DNA of 64,000 nt from Clostridiales bacterium (GTDB lineage Bacteria; Bacillota; Dehalobacteriia; UBA7702). The stretch is from NCBI GenBank assembly GCA_040766505.1, contig JAXGQJ010000006.1, positions 35,308 through 99,307 of the forward strand, in the 5' to 3' direction. This document shows positions 10,123 through 22,017 of the stretch, one piece after another; position 1 is the stretch's first letter; each line of letters starts with the position of its first letter. The notes under the pieces were generated by a model. That model saw only the letters and a list, made by a program, of their open reading frames with translations. It did not search any database and had not been told where the DNA came from. A program made the translations under genes and the position numbers.

Positions 10123-12333
10123 ATGGAAACAAAAAACCGCGCTTAATGCAAATGATTTTTACACTGTCTCCGCTATTCGCTCTGTTGTTCGGGGTTGTCT
10201 CCACCGCGCAGGCGGCGGAGTTTACCGTTTCCGATGCGGCGGGGCTGATGAACGCCGTCGCGGCCATCAACAATGCGCCCGCAGAATCGAGCCACACGAT
10301 CACCCTTCGCCGCGAGCTTCTCGACAATTCCGGCATCTCGATCGAAAGGGGGAACACCACCTTCGTTCTGAACGGGAATACGTGAGATCGTGAACACCGC
10401 GGGCAGCGGGTTGTCTGTTATCAATGCGACGGTTACCGTGAGCGGCACAGGGGCCCTGACCGTCAAAGGAAGTAAAAATGGCCTTGAGGTGGGGGCAGCG
10501 GGGCGGCCACGGTAACGAACGCTACGGTGACCGGCGCGAGCCGAACTACGCTGCTGTCCGCGCAGATGGCGGCACGGCCCATGTCTTGAAAGCCGTCTAT
10601 GCCCAAGGCGCGGAATCCGTCGGCGCTATGGCAGTTCAGGGCGGCAGCATCACCGTGGGCAGCGGAACCGCGACAGGCAGCGTAACGGCTGCCGGCAGGG
10701 GCGTCCAAGCGCGGAGTGGCTCAAATGTTGTGGTCTGAAACGTGTCGTCCACAGGTGTGCACGCCGCTATGGCTGAAGGTTCAGGCGGCAGCGTTATCGT
10801 CCATGGCAATGTCGACTGAGCGGCGACAGCTCTTATAGCGCCCGGGCTGCGGATGGTGGAGAAGTCCAGGTCAAAGGCAATGCCCAAGCCGTTTATGCCG
10901 GCGCTTGCGCCATAGATGTCGGCAGCCGGACCGTGGTCGATGGCAATGCGACGGCAGTCGGCAGCAACATGTCTTACGGCGCTTTGGCCCTAAGCAACGC
11001 TACCGTAACCGTTGGGAATGCCCAGGCAGATAGCGGCGCAAGCGCCATCGGCACGGGAAGCGCTGTGACCGTTAACGGCAATGCAAAAGCAACCGGCAAC
11101 GGTAATCCCGGCGCGTTTGCCGACGACTATGGGACGGTTTTCATCGGCGGCAGCGCTTCGTCTGAGGGGCAAAACGGCGTGGGCATAGTTGCCCAAGAGG
11201 GTGGATATGTTCAGGCGCGCAATGCCGTGGCTGGCCCCGGCGGCACCGGCGCAAGGGTCTATATGGGTTCCACCAGCGCCGGGTTTGTCGCGGTCGACGG
11301 CGCGATCACGGTGGATGGCACGGCGCGCTATATAGTATGCAGCAATGTGAATGTTTCCGGTTCGACGGTGGAAAAGAATCCGGCGGATAAAACCGTTCCC
11401 ACCACCAGATTGGGTTATGATACCTACAGCGACGCTTATGGCAATACCGTGTGGGTGGGCAATGGCAATCCCGCGGCGAAGGCTACCGTCAGCCCCGGCT
11501 TATTGCCGGCGTCGGGGGGCGATGCCAAGATCGTGATTACCGGCAACGATGACCTGCCCAATGCCATTCTCCTCACCGCTTATATCGGCAAAACGGCGAC
11601 GGCCGTCACCGGGCAGACAGCGGGCGGCGCCGCCACGCAGACGGCCACGCTCACCTTCCCGGCGAATGCGAGCGCGACGGAAAACGCGGTCTATACGGTC
11701 AAGGCGAGCATCGGCGGCAAATACTGGACGGAACTGCCGTTTACGGTCACCGTCGCAAAAAAGGCGTCGTCACATCCCTGCGACGCTTTTACGGACATTG
11801 ACGGGCACTGGGCGAGGAAGAGCATCTGTTATGCCGTCGAAAACGGCATTTTCTACGGAACCTCCGACACGAAATTTTCACCGGAAACGCCGATGACCCG
11901 GGCCATGCTTGTCACCGTTCTGCACCGTCTGGAGGGCAAGCCCGGCTTTACCGGCACAAACAGCTTTAGCGATGTGAAGAGCGACAAATGGTACACGGAT
12001 GCCATCGTCTGGGCCAATGTGAACGGCATCGTGACGGGATATAGCAAGGGCCGGTTCGGCCCGGACGATCAGGTCACCCGCCAGCAGATGGCGACGATTT
12101 TACACCGTTACGCGGGGAAAAAGGGCTACGATTTGAAGGGGTCGGCGAATCTGGCGGTCTATACGGATGCGGGCAAGATCGGCGGCTGGGCGCTGACCGC
12201 GATGAAGTGGGCGAATGCGGAAGGGTTCATCACCGGCCGCAGCGCGACCACCCTTGCGCCGGAGGGCAGCGCCAAACGCGCCGAGGTCGCGACGATACTT
12301 CAGCGGTTTATTCTCTGGGCAGGAGGAATATGA
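10123..12333 (+). CDS. Secreted surface protein with Gly/Ala/Val/Thr beta-repeats and three C-terminal SLH domains (5' half frameshifted)
   Basis: Signal peptide ending AQA-A; FTDIDGHWA..GTSDTKFSPETPMTRAM, FSDVKSDKWY..VTRQQMA, YTDAGKIGGWA..AKRAEVA. Confidence 0.85.
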
Positions 12334-12618
12334 GGGAGCGCTGGTTTGCTGATTTAAGGCGACCGAAATAGAACCGCTTCGGCAGCGCCCTGCCGCGGTA
12401 TGTTTTAAATAATAGAATTGGTGATCATGTAAAGCCCCGGAACCCCCGCCATCTTCTCGGCGGGCCCCGGGGCTTTTGCTGTGAAGTCGATTGGCTTTGC
12501 CCCCGCCATTGTATCGCCATCTCTTTCCGCGGTGCTTACCTTGGCCCATGCCGCATATACATGTCGTAGGGCGCGGCCAATTTTGGCCGGCTCTGATTCG
12601 GTAAGGAGGGTGGCATTT

Positions 12619-15197
12619 GTGGGCACGGCAAAGCGGTGTTGGCATTGTCTCGAGGCGGAGGAGACGGTAAAGGCATTGGGATCCGACGGGGAAAAAGGGC
12701 TTAAAGAGGGGGAGGCGCGCCGCCGCCTCCGGCGTTTTGGGGAAAACCGCTTGGTCGAGGCGAAGCGGGCTTCCCCTTTCGCGCTTTTCTTTTTGCAATT
12801 TCTCGATTTTATGGTGATGGTGCTGATCGCCGCCGCCTTGGTTTCTTTCGCCTTTGGCGAATGGGCCGACGGCACGATGATTCTGATCATCGTGGTGGTC
12901 AATGGGGTGCTTGGCTTCGTTCAGGAATATAAGGCGGAACGCTCTTTGGAAGCTTTAAAAGAGATGGTATTGGCGGAGGCCCATGTGATTCGGGACGGTA
13001 TTTTCCGCAAAATCCCCGCCGTCGATCTGGTCCCCGGCGACTTGGTGTTGCTGGAAAGCGGCGCCCGGGTTCCGGCGGACATCCGGTTATTGGAAGCCTT
13101 CAATCTGGAAGCCGAGGAGAGCGCCCTCACCGGGGAAAGTCGCCCGGTAAAAAAGCAGACGGCGGCGCTGTGGGAAGATAAACCCTTGGCGGAGCGGGCC
13201 AATCTCTGCTTCAACGGTTCCAGCATCGCCCGGGGCCGGGGCAAGGGCATTGTCGTCGCCACCGGTATGGATACGGAAATGGGCCGCATCGCCGCCCTCT
13301 TGGAGGAAGGAAAGCGGGAGGAAACGCCATTGCAGCGCCGTTTGCGGGCGCTGGGCAAATGGCTGATCGCCTTTTGTTTGACGGTTTGCGCGCTGGTCAC
13401 CGTCATCGGCATCTATTTTGGCGGCAATATCTTCCAGATGCTGCTCGTCGGCGTCAGCCTGGCGGTGGCTTCGATTCCGGAAGGTTTGCCGGCCATCGTC
13501 ACGATCTCCCTGGCCCTCGGTGTGCGGCAGATGGCCAAAAGCCGGGCCATCGTGCGCCGGTTGCCGGCGGTGGAAACCTTGGGCTGCACCACCTATATCT
13601 GTTCCGATAAAACCGGCACCCTGACCCAAAATACGATGGTGGTGCGGCATGTCTTTGCCGACGGCCGCTGGCAGCCGGCGGAAGCCTACCGGCCCGCAAA
13701 GGCGGATCCGGCTTTATTGGTGATGGCCAATTGTCACGACGTGGCCCAGTCCGCCCAGGGGCTGGAAGGGGATCCGACGGAAAAAGCCCTGCTTTCCTTT
13801 GCGCTATCCAAAGGAACGCCGACGGATCTTGGCCGCCTCGCGGAGATTCCCTTCGATTCCGGCCGCCGCCGCATGAGCGTTCTCGTCAATTGGCAGGGGA
13901 ATGCCTGGTCGCTGGTGAAAGGGGCCCCCGATACGATCTTGGGCCTGTGCGGCGCCGCCGCTACCGCGGCCGGAACGCGGCCGTTGACGGAGATCGAGAA
14001 AAAACGCCTGCTGGATGCCGCCGGCAGCTATACGGATCGGGCCTTTCGCCTTTTGGCGCTGGCCTATTCCCCCAAGGCCGCGGCGGAAAAGGAGATGGAA
14101 AAAAACCTCGTTTTCCTGGCCTTCGTCGCATTGGCGGATCCGATTCGCCCCGATGTGCCCGCCGCGCTGGAACAGGCGCGGCGGGCCGGCATCCGCACCG
14201 CGATGATCACCGGCGACGATCCCCGCACCGCCCTCGCCATCGGGCGTGAATTGGGCATCGAAAGCGACATTCTGACCGGAAAAGAGATCGACGCCCTCGA
14301 CGACAAAGCCCTGGGTCGCTCCATCGCGACAACCGGCATCTATGCCAGGGTCGATCCCGGCCACAAGCTCCGAATCGTTAGGAGTTTAAAGGGGCAGGGG
14401 CAAATCGTCGCCATGACCGGCGACGGCGTAAACGACGCCCCTGCCATCAAGGAAGCGGACATCGGCATCGCCATGGGCTTGAAGGGCACCGATGTGACGA
14501 AAGAAGCCGCCGATTTCATCCTGGCCGACGACAATTTCGCCACCATTGTCAAAGCCGTTTTCCATGGCCGCGGCATCTATGACAATATTCGAAAATTCAT
14601 CCGCTATCTATTGTCCTGCAATATCGGTGAGGTTTTGGTGATGTTTTTCGCCGTGGTTCTCGGTATGCCGCTGCCGCTGGTGCCGCTGCAAATTCTTTGG
14701 GTCAATCTCGTCACCGACGGGCTGCCGGCCTTGGCCATCGCCATGGATAAGCCGGAGGCGGGGCTGATGTCGATGGCGCCGCGCAGCCCTAAGGAGGGGG
14801 TTTTCTCCCGGGGCCTCGGCTTTAAAATCGGCTTTCGCGGCGTGCTCATCGGCGTGACCACCCTCTTTTTGTTCCTCTTCGTCTTGATTGATTCGCAAAA
14901 TCTGGTGCTGGCCCGGACGGTGGCCTTCACCGGCCTGGTGATGAGCCAGCTCTTCCATGTTTTCGATTGCCGTTCCGAGCGGGAAACCATCTTCAAATTG
15001 GGGTTCTTCAGCAACCGCTGGCTGATCGGCGCGGTGCTGCTCTCCTTTTGATGCAGATGATGGTGGTCTATTGCGGGCCTTTGCAGGGCATTTTTTTCAC
15101 CACTTCCCTCGGCGTCGAAGAGTGGCGGCTGATCCTTCTTTGCACCGGTTTGCCGACGATTCTTGCCGCCTGTAAATTTATCCTGTTCGGAAAATAA
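12619..15197 (+). CDS. P-type II cation (Ca2+) transporting ATPase, YloB-like (frameshift near 15050)
   Basis: TGES, IPEGLP, DKTGTLT, KGAP, TGDGVNDAP, NLVTDG motifs; AGGAGG before GTG 12619. Confidence 0.92.
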
Positions 15198-15278
15198 AAA
15201 GAAAATTTTCCCACAAAAAAGAGGATAATCCTTTTAAGAGGGAATATGTAAAGACAGGCTTTTGAGGAGCAATCAGGG

Positions 15279-16156
15279 TTGATGAAAAGCATGACCGGCT
15301 TCGGCCGCGGCAGCGATGCCGGCGCACACTGGCAAGTCAGCATCGAGATGAAGAGCGTAAACAGCCGTTATCTGGAAATTTCCACCAGAATGCCGAAGCA
15401 GCTGGTTTCCTTGGAAGACCGGATAAAAAGGCTGGTAGGGGAAGTTCTCAGCCGGGGCAGGGTCGATATTTTCCTTGTTTTGGAGGAGATTGGGGAAAAA
15501 AATCATAATCTAAAGGTTGACAAAGAGCTGGCACTGGCTTATTATAATGCCGTACAGGTAATTGCCGACCTATGCGAATTGGATCAAACCCCTTCTCTGG
15601 ACAGCATTTTGGCCTTTTCCGGTGTATTGAGCCTGGAGAAAGAAGAGCGGATGCCGACGAAATTTGGGTTCATATCGCCGTCGCTTTGCGGGAAGCTCTC
15701 GATCAGCTGCTGCAGATGCGAATTGCCGAAGGCGAACGCCTGGCCGCCGATATCGGGAAGAGACTCGGCGTCATAAGGGACATCACGATAAAAATAGAAG
15801 AACGAAGTCCTTTGGTGGTGCATGAATATCGGGAAAAACTGCATTTAAGAATGAAAGAAGTCTTGGGCGAAATCGAAGTGGACGAGTCGAAGCTCCTGAA
15901 CGAGGTGGCTTTTTTTGCCGATCGCTGCGATATCGCTGAGGAACTCACGCGGCTGCGAAGCCATCTGACGCAATTCCAAACGGATATGGAAGGTGGCGGA
16001 GCCGTCGGGCGAAAAATGGACTTTCTTTTGCAGGAAATCAATCGGGAAGTCAATACCATCGGCTCCAAAGCCAATGACGGTGTCATTGGGCGCCTGGTCA
16101 TCGAAGGAAAGAGCGAATTGGAAAAAATTCGGGAACAGGTGCAAAATCTGGAATGA
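15279..16156 (+). CDS. yloC: YicC/YloC family endoribonuclease (frameshifted)
   Basis: KSMTGFGRG, SVNSRYLE, GRKMDFLLQEINREVNTIGSK, EKIREQVQNLE. Confidence 0.93.
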
Positions 16157-16202
16157 GATCATCCTGAGTCATCACAAAAAATATATTTTGGAGGAGAAAA
16201 AT

Positions 16203-16510
16203 ATGGCAGTTCCGAAATTATCTACCGAAGAAAGGGCGAAAGCTTTAGCGAAGGCCCAAGAAATGCGCACCAAAAGAATGGAATTAAGAAAACAGTTAAA
16301 AGCCGGGGAAACTACATTGAAAGCCGTTCTGGACGATATGGAAAATGAAGTGGTCGCCAGAATGAAGGTCAAATATCTGTTGAATCCCTTCCCAATGTGG
16401 GCAAAATCACCGCCAAATCTCTGATGGACGAAATCGGCATCAATGAAAGCCGCCGCGTTCAGGGTTTGGGCAAACGTCAGATCAGCCAATTGATGGAAAA
16501 ATTAGCTTGA
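16203..16510 (+). CDS. mihF: Actinobacterial-type integration host factor (mIHF/sIHF-like, H2TH), one frameshift at about 16380
   Basis: Reconstructed as [35 protein letters not shown]...[50 protein letters not shown]. Confidence 0.88.
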
Positions 16511-16523
16511 GGAGGCAAATCTT

Positions 16524-16802
16524 TTGCCGTATAAGCCTATCAATATCGGCTTTGGAAATATTGTTGCTGCCAATCGGATCATAGCTATGGTCAGCCCCGA
16601 TTCCGCGCCGATCAAAAGATGGGTGCAAGACGCGAAGGCTGAAAACATGGTGCTGGACGCGACGTATGGACGGCGCACGCGAGCGGTTATTATCACCGAC
16701 GCCGGCTATCTCGTCCTATCGCCCCTGCAACCGGAAACACTGGCCAATCGGATGATGGCCAAAGGCGACCCGATGCAGCAAAATGACGAAAGCGGAGTTT
16801 AA
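16524..16802 (+). CDS. remA: RemA / DUF370 family regulator
   Basis: [42 protein letters not shown]. Confidence 0.93.
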   Translation: MPYKPINIGFGNIVAANRIIAMVSPDSAPIKRWVQDAKAENMVLDATYGRRTRAVIITDAGYLVLSPLQPETLANRMMAKGDPMQQNDESGV

Positions 16803-16805
16803 TGC

Positions 16806-17418
16806 ATGGATAGAGAAGGTTTGCTTTTTGTCGTATCCGGCCCGTCCGGGGTGGGAAAGGGGCACACTTTGCGCCAAACTGTTGGCCATCATGCCCGGGG
16901 TGGCATTGTCCATCTCTGATACCACCAGAGAAAGGCGAACCGGTGAGGAGGATGGCAAAGACTATCGCTTCGTCAGTAAAGAAACCTTTTTAACCAATAT
17001 CGAAAATGGGGCCTACCTGGAATGGGCCGAAGTATACGGGAATTGCTACGGCACCCCCAGGGCCTTGATTGAAGAAAATATGAACCATGGAAAAGATACG
17101 CTCCTTGAGATCGACACTCAAGGAGCTATCCTGGTTAAAGAGAGCTTTCCCGACGCCATCTTTGTCTTTGTCCTGCCCCCCGACCGGGAAACCCTGGCCG
17201 AACGCCTCACGGCGCGGCGCACCGACAGCGCAGAGGTCATCCGCCACCGCCTGGCCGCCTTCGACGCGGAATTGGCAAGGCTGCCGATGTATGATTATAT
17301 CGTCGTTAATGGCGATTTGGATCGGGCCGTTGGGGATTTGGCGGCGATTTTTCGTGCCGAGCATCTGCGCTTCGAAAACAGCGACGGCTATCTGATCTTC
17401 AGAAAGCGGCAAGAATAA
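16806..17418 (+). CDS. gmk: Guanylate kinase (frameshift after the P-loop)
   Basis: ATG 16806 gives MDREGLLFVVSGPSGVGK; then TTRERRTGEEDGKDYRF, EWAEVYGNCYGT. Confidence 0.93.
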
Positions 17419-17447
17419 TAACGTGCATAAAAAGGAGGTTCCATTCT

Positions 17448-17663
17448 ATGATGATAAAGCCGACCCTCGACGAGTTGTTGGCAAAGGTGGATACGAAGTA
17501 TACCCTTGTAATTTTAAGTTCCAAGATCGCGCGGGAGATCACTTCGGAATATCTCGATAAAGGCGCGACCCTGACGGCCAATCCCGTTTCCATGGCCTTA
17601 ACGGAAATCGCCGACGGGCACTATGGCTGGGAGAAACAGGAGCCGGTATCGGACTATGAGTGA
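17448..17663 (+). CDS. rpoZ: RNA polymerase omega subunit
   Basis: PTLDELLAKVDTKYTLV..NPVSMALTEIADG; gmk-rpoZ-coaBC synteny. Confidence 0.92.
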   Translation: MMIKPTLDELLAKVDTKYTLVILSSKIAREITSEYLDKGATLTANPVSMALTEIADGHYGWEKQEPVSDYE

Positions 17664-18927
17664 CGGAAAAACCATTGCCATCGGTGTGACTGGCGGCATC
17701 GCCGCCTATAAAGCGGCGGATTTGGCGAGCCGGCTGGTGCAGAAGGGCTTTCGGGTCGAAGTGATCATGACGGAAGCCGCCGAAGCCTTCATCGCACCGC
17801 TGACCTTCGCTACATTGACGGGAAACCCGGTGCGGCGGGAAATGTTCCGGCAAAAGATCGGTGAAAGGGTAGAGCATGTTTCCCTGGCGGATCGGGCGGA
17901 TCTGCTGGCCGTCGTCCCCGCCACTGCCAATCTGATCGGAAAAGTTGCCGGCGGCATCGCCGACGATCTGTTGACCACCACCATCATGGCGATGGATCGG
18001 CCGGTGGTCTTTTTTCCCGCTATGAACCACAAGATGTGGCACAATCCCATCTTGCAGCGAAACCTGGAAACCTTGAAAAACTGCGGCTACCAGATTCACG
18101 AACCGGAGGAAGGCTACCTGGCCTGCGGCAGCGTGGCGAAAGGCCGCCTTGCCTCCATTGACGCCATAGAGGAAAGAATCCTGCGCTGTCTCGGCGCCTC
18201 TGCCGCCGCAGCCACCGCAGAGCGGGAAGAGAACGCGTCGGCAGCGGCGGAAAAAGAAAAGGAACGGGAAAAGGATTTTTCGGGCCTGCGGCTTTTGGTT
18301 TCCGCCGGGCCCACCCGGGAACCCATCGACCCCGTTCGCTATATCAGCAATCGCAGCAGCGGCAAAATGGGCTATGCCATCGCGAAAGCCGCGGCGGAAC
18401 GCGGCGCCCTCGTCCACCTTGTCAGCGGCCCCGTTTCGCTGGCGCCGCCGCCTAAGGTGCATTGCCAAAAGGTAGAGACGGCGGCGGAAATGGAAGAAGC
18501 GGTGGTGCGCCTATACCCCACGATGGATGTGGCGGTGATGGCGGCGGCGGTGGCGGACTATAGGCCGGAAGCCCCTTCCCCTCAAAAGCTAAAAAAAACC
18601 GGCGACCGGGCGGATCTGCCGCTGGTGCGCACCAATGACATTCTGGCCTTCATGGGCCGGGTGAAGAAAGACCAGGTTTTGGTGGGTTTCGCCGCCGAAA
18701 CCGATCATTTGGAAAACAATGCCACGGAGAAATTGCGCCGTAAAAACCTCGATTTGATCGTTGCCAATGACATTGGCCGGGAAGGCGCCGGTTTTGAAGT
18801 GGATACCAATATTGCCCATCTCTATTATCCCAATGGCAAGTGTGAAAATTTACCCCTGCTGGAAAAAGAGGTTTTGGCCCATCTGCTTTTAGACCGCATC
18901 CTCTTGCTTCTGCGGGGCAGAAAATAG
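17656..18927 (+). CDS. coaBC: Bifunctional PPC decarboxylase / PPC synthetase
   Basis: GVTGGIAAYK, PATAN, PAMN, GYLACG, AGPTREPIDPVRYISNRSSGKMG. Confidence 0.96.
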   Translation: MSDGKTIAIGVTGGIAAYKAADLASRLVQKGFRVEVIMTEAAEAFIAPLTFATLTGNPVRREMFRQKIGERVEHVSLADRADLLAVVPATANLIGKVAGGIADDLLTTTIMAMDRPVVFFPAMNHKMWHNPILQRNLETLKNCGYQIHEPEEGYLACGSVAKGRLASIDAIEERILRCLGASAAAATAEREENASAAAEKEKEREKDFSGLRLLVSAGPTREPIDPVRYISNRSSGKMGYAIAKAAAERGALVHLVSGPVSLAPPPKVHCQKVETAAEMEEAVVRLYPTMDVAVMAAAVADYRPEAPSPQKLKKTGDRADLPLVRTNDILAFMGRVKKDQVLVGFAAETDHLENNATEKLRRKNLDLIVANDIGREGAGFEVDTNIAHLYYPNGKCENLPLLEKEVLAHLLLDRILLLLRGRK

Positions 18928-18939
18928 GAGGAGCGACAC

Positions 18940-20128
18940 TTGAGAAAATTGGTTACATCGGAATCGGTCACCGAAGGCCATCCCGATAAGATGTCGGATC
19001 AGATTTCCGACGGCATTTTAGACGCGATTCTGGCCCAGGATCCCCAAGGCCGGGTGGCCTGTGAAACCCTTTGCACCACCGGCCTGGTGCTGGTATCCGG
19101 GGAAATCACCACCAACTGTTATGTGGACATCCCCAAAATTGCCCGGCAGATCATCCGGGACATCGGTTATACGAGGGCGAAATACGGCTTCGATTATGAA
19201 ACCTGCGCCGTGCTCACTTCCATCGACGACCAAAGCGGCGACATCGCTATGGGCGTGGACAATGCCCTGGAAAACCGGGAAGGCCATTGCGATGACGACA
19301 TTGCCGAAACCGGCGCCGGCGACCAGGGCATGATGTACGGTTATGCCTGCGATGAAACGGCGGATACCGGCGAATATATGCCATTGCCGATCAGCCTTGC
19401 CCACGGTTTGGCCCGGCGCTTGGCGGCGGTGCGCAAAAGCGGCGCTTTGCCGTATTTGCGGCCCGACGGGAAAAGCCAGGTCACCGTCGAATATGAGGAT
19501 GGCAAGGTCAAGCGGGTCGATGCCGTCGTCATTTCCACCCAGCACCAGGAGGATCTTAGCCCCGGCAACTCCGGGAAGAGATCGTCGCCGAAGTTATCCA
19601 TGCGGTGATCCCGGAAAAATACCTCGATGGGTACACGAAATTCTATGTCAATCCCACCGGCCGCTTTGTCATCGGCGGCCCCCAGGGAGATACCGGCCTG
19701 ACGGGCCGGAAAATCATCGTCGATACCTATGGCGGCGTCGGGCGTCACGGCGGCGGCGCCTTCTCCGGGAAAGACCCCACGAAGGTGGATCGCTCCGCCT
19801 GTTATGCCGCGCGCCATGTGGCGAAAAACTTGCGGCGGCGGGCCTTGCCCGAACCTGTGAAATCCAGCTCGCCTATGCCATCGGCGTGGCGGAACCGGTT
19901 TCGGTGGCGGTCGACGCCTTCGGCAGCGGCCTTTTACCCGACGATGCTTTGGTGGCGATCGTCCGGAAACATTTTGACCTGCGCCCCGCCGCCATCATCC
20001 GCGACCTCGATTTGCGGCGGCCCATCTACCGCCAGGTGGCGGCTTATGGCCATTTCGGCCGTACCGACATCGATTTGCCCTGGGAAAAGTTGAACAAAGC
20101 GGACGAACTCCGGAAGTATCTGGGCTAA
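18940..20128 (+). CDS. metK: S-adenosylmethionine synthetase (two frameshifts)
   Basis: [56 protein letters not shown]. Confidence 0.96.
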
Positions 20129-20152
20129 ACCAAAAATGAAAACAAAGAAAAT

Positions 20153-20179
20153 ATGGCCACCCGTTTGACGGGTGGCCAT
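20153..20179. terminator. Hairpin between convergent metK and CoA-transferase genes
   Basis: ATGGCCACCCGT-TTG-ACGGGTGGCCAT perfect 12-bp stem. Confidence 0.6.
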
Positions 20180-20361
20180 GTCAAAGCTCTGAAAAGGCCG
20201 GACCCTTACGTATATTCCGAGACGGTATGGGCTCGGCCTTTTGTTCATGCCCGGCTTTGGGTCGTCTTTTTGAAGCCTGCCGGTTCCTCGCCAAAGCCGC
20301 GTCACGGCGGCTCTGGGCGACACGCTACGGAAGAAGGGTATCTCCGGCGTCCTTTTGCTCT

Positions 20362-21861
20362 TTATTTTACTTTCATGGAGCCGGTGTCGAGCAAGCGCTG
20401 GTGCCAGGAGAGGGCTTCGGTTAGAATATGGGGTGTGTGCAGAAACCTTCCTTTTTCAGCCCGTTCCAGATAGTCCCGGAGCAAAGGCTGAAAATCGGGA
20501 TGGGCACAGCGTTCGATGACGACCCTCGCCCTTTCCCGGGGGCAAAGGCCCCGCAGATCGGCGAAGCCCTGTTCGGTGACGATGACCATCACATCGTGTT
20601 CCGTATGGTCTACGTGGGAAACCATCGGCACGATGGAGGAGATATTGCCGCCTTTTGCGGTGGAGGCGGTGGTGAAAACCGTCAGAAACGCATTGCGGGC
20701 GAAATCGCCGGAGCCGCCGATGCCGTTCATCATCCGGGAACCCATGATGTGGGTGGAATTGACATTGCCATAGATGTCCGCTTCGATGGCGGTATTGAAG
20801 GCCAGCAAACCGAGGCGGCGGATGACTTCGACATGGTTGCTGATTTCCTGGGGCCGGAGGATGACGCTCTGTTTATAGAAATCGATGTTTTCCTTGAACT
20901 TTCTCAAGCCGACGTCGGCAGGGGAAACGGCGGTGGCGGAGGCCACCTTTACCTTGCCGCAGTCGATCATGTCCAAGATGGCGTCCTGAATTACCTCGGA
21001 ATAGATTTGAATGTTCTGAAACTCCGAATCCTGCAATCCCGCCAAAACCGCATTGGCGACGGCGCCGACGCCGCTTTGGATCGGCAGCAGATTCTTTGGC
21101 AGGCGGCCCTGTTTGATTTCAAAGCGCAGAAAATCCAATAGATGGTTGGCCATTTGCTTGGAAACATCGTCCACCGGGACGAGGGGACGCTCCGGATCGG
21201 CAATGTCGCTGATGACGACCGCGGCGATCTTTTCCGGCCCGCAGGGGATATAGGTGGTGCCGATGCGATCCTTGGCCTTGCGGATCGGGATCGGTTTTCG
21301 TTTCGGCGGTGAATCCGGCAGATAGACATCGGCAAGGCCCTCATAGGCCAGGGGCTGATCCAAATTGATTTCAACGATTACCTTGTCCGCCAAAGCGACG
21401 GCGGAAGGGGCGATGCCGACGGAATTGGCGGGGACGATATGGCCTTCCTCGGTGATGGCCACCGCTTCCACGATGGCGACGTCCACCTTGCCATAGAAAC
21501 CGTATTGCATGGCCTGGGGGAATTGCCCCAGGTGCATATCGGCATATTGTACCTCGCCGCGGTTGATGGCGTCCCGCATTTGGCTATTGGTCTGATAGGG
21601 AAAACGGCGGCAAACCATGTTCCCTTCGGCGAGAACGCCGTCCAGCTCTTCGCCGACGGAAGCGCCGGTAAAAAGATTGATTTTGCATGTTTCCCCGCAG
21701 TTTTGCATCCGTTTCGCCAAGGCCAGGGAAACGGCCTTGGGATAGCCGGACAATGTGAAACCGCTGGTGGCAACCGTCATGCCATCTTTGATGAGGAGCG
21801 AAGCCTCCTCGGCGCTGGTAATCTTGCTTTTCAGCGCCTGGTTCCGAATTCTGTTTTCCAT
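20362..21861 (-). CDS. Acetyl-CoA hydrolase / succinate CoA-transferase family protein
   Basis: SGFTLSGYPKA, PIQSGVGAVANAV, YSEVIQD, NGIGGSGDFARNA, HVDHTEHDV. Confidence 0.92.
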   Translation of the reverse strand: MENRIRNQALKSKITSAEEASLLIKDGMTVATSGFTLSGYPKAVSLALAKRMQNCGETCKINLFTGASVGEELDGVLAEGNMVCRRFPYQTNSQMRDAINRGEVQYADMHLGQFPQAMQYGFYGKVDVAIVEAVAITEEGHIVPANSVGIAPSAVALADKVIVEINLDQPLAYEGLADVYLPDSPPKRKPIPIRKAKDRIGTTYIPCGPEKIAAVVISDIADPERPLVPVDDVSKQMANHLLDFLRFEIKQGRLPKNLLPIQSGVGAVANAVLAGLQDSEFQNIQIYSEVIQDAILDMIDCGKVKVASATAVSPADVGLRKFKENIDFYKQSVILRPQEISNHVEVIRRLGLLAFNTAIEADIYGNVNSTHIMGSRMMNGIGGSGDFARNAFLTVFTTASTAKGGNISSIVPMVSHVDHTEHDVMVIVTEQGFADLRGLCPRERARVVIERCAHPDFQPLLRDYLERAEKGRFLHTPHILTEALSWHQRLLDTGSMKVK

Positions 21862-21974
21862 CTCAACTCAACCTCCAAGAATATTCTCTCTTGCTGAAGC
21901 CCAATAAAAAAATTATATGATATTTAGATGAGGGTTGTAAAGCCCATTTTGATTTTGTCCGTTTTTTCTCTGGG

Positions 21975-22001
21975 ATAATGGGCCGGCTCTTTTCATATAC
22001 T
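21975..22001 (+). promoter_or_regulatory. Candidate sigma-E promoter of the ytxC-like gene
   Basis: ATA-16 nt-CATATACT. Confidence 0.45.
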
Positions 22002-22017
22002 AAGGAATGGAAAAGAG

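Noticed and set aside
18190-18275. Ala/Glu/Lys-rich insertion in CoaBC
   Set aside because: It lies in the variable linker between the two domains and is unlikely to be functional.
18927-18940. SAM riboswitch before metK
   Set aside because: Only 12 nt separate coaBC and metK, so there is no room for one.
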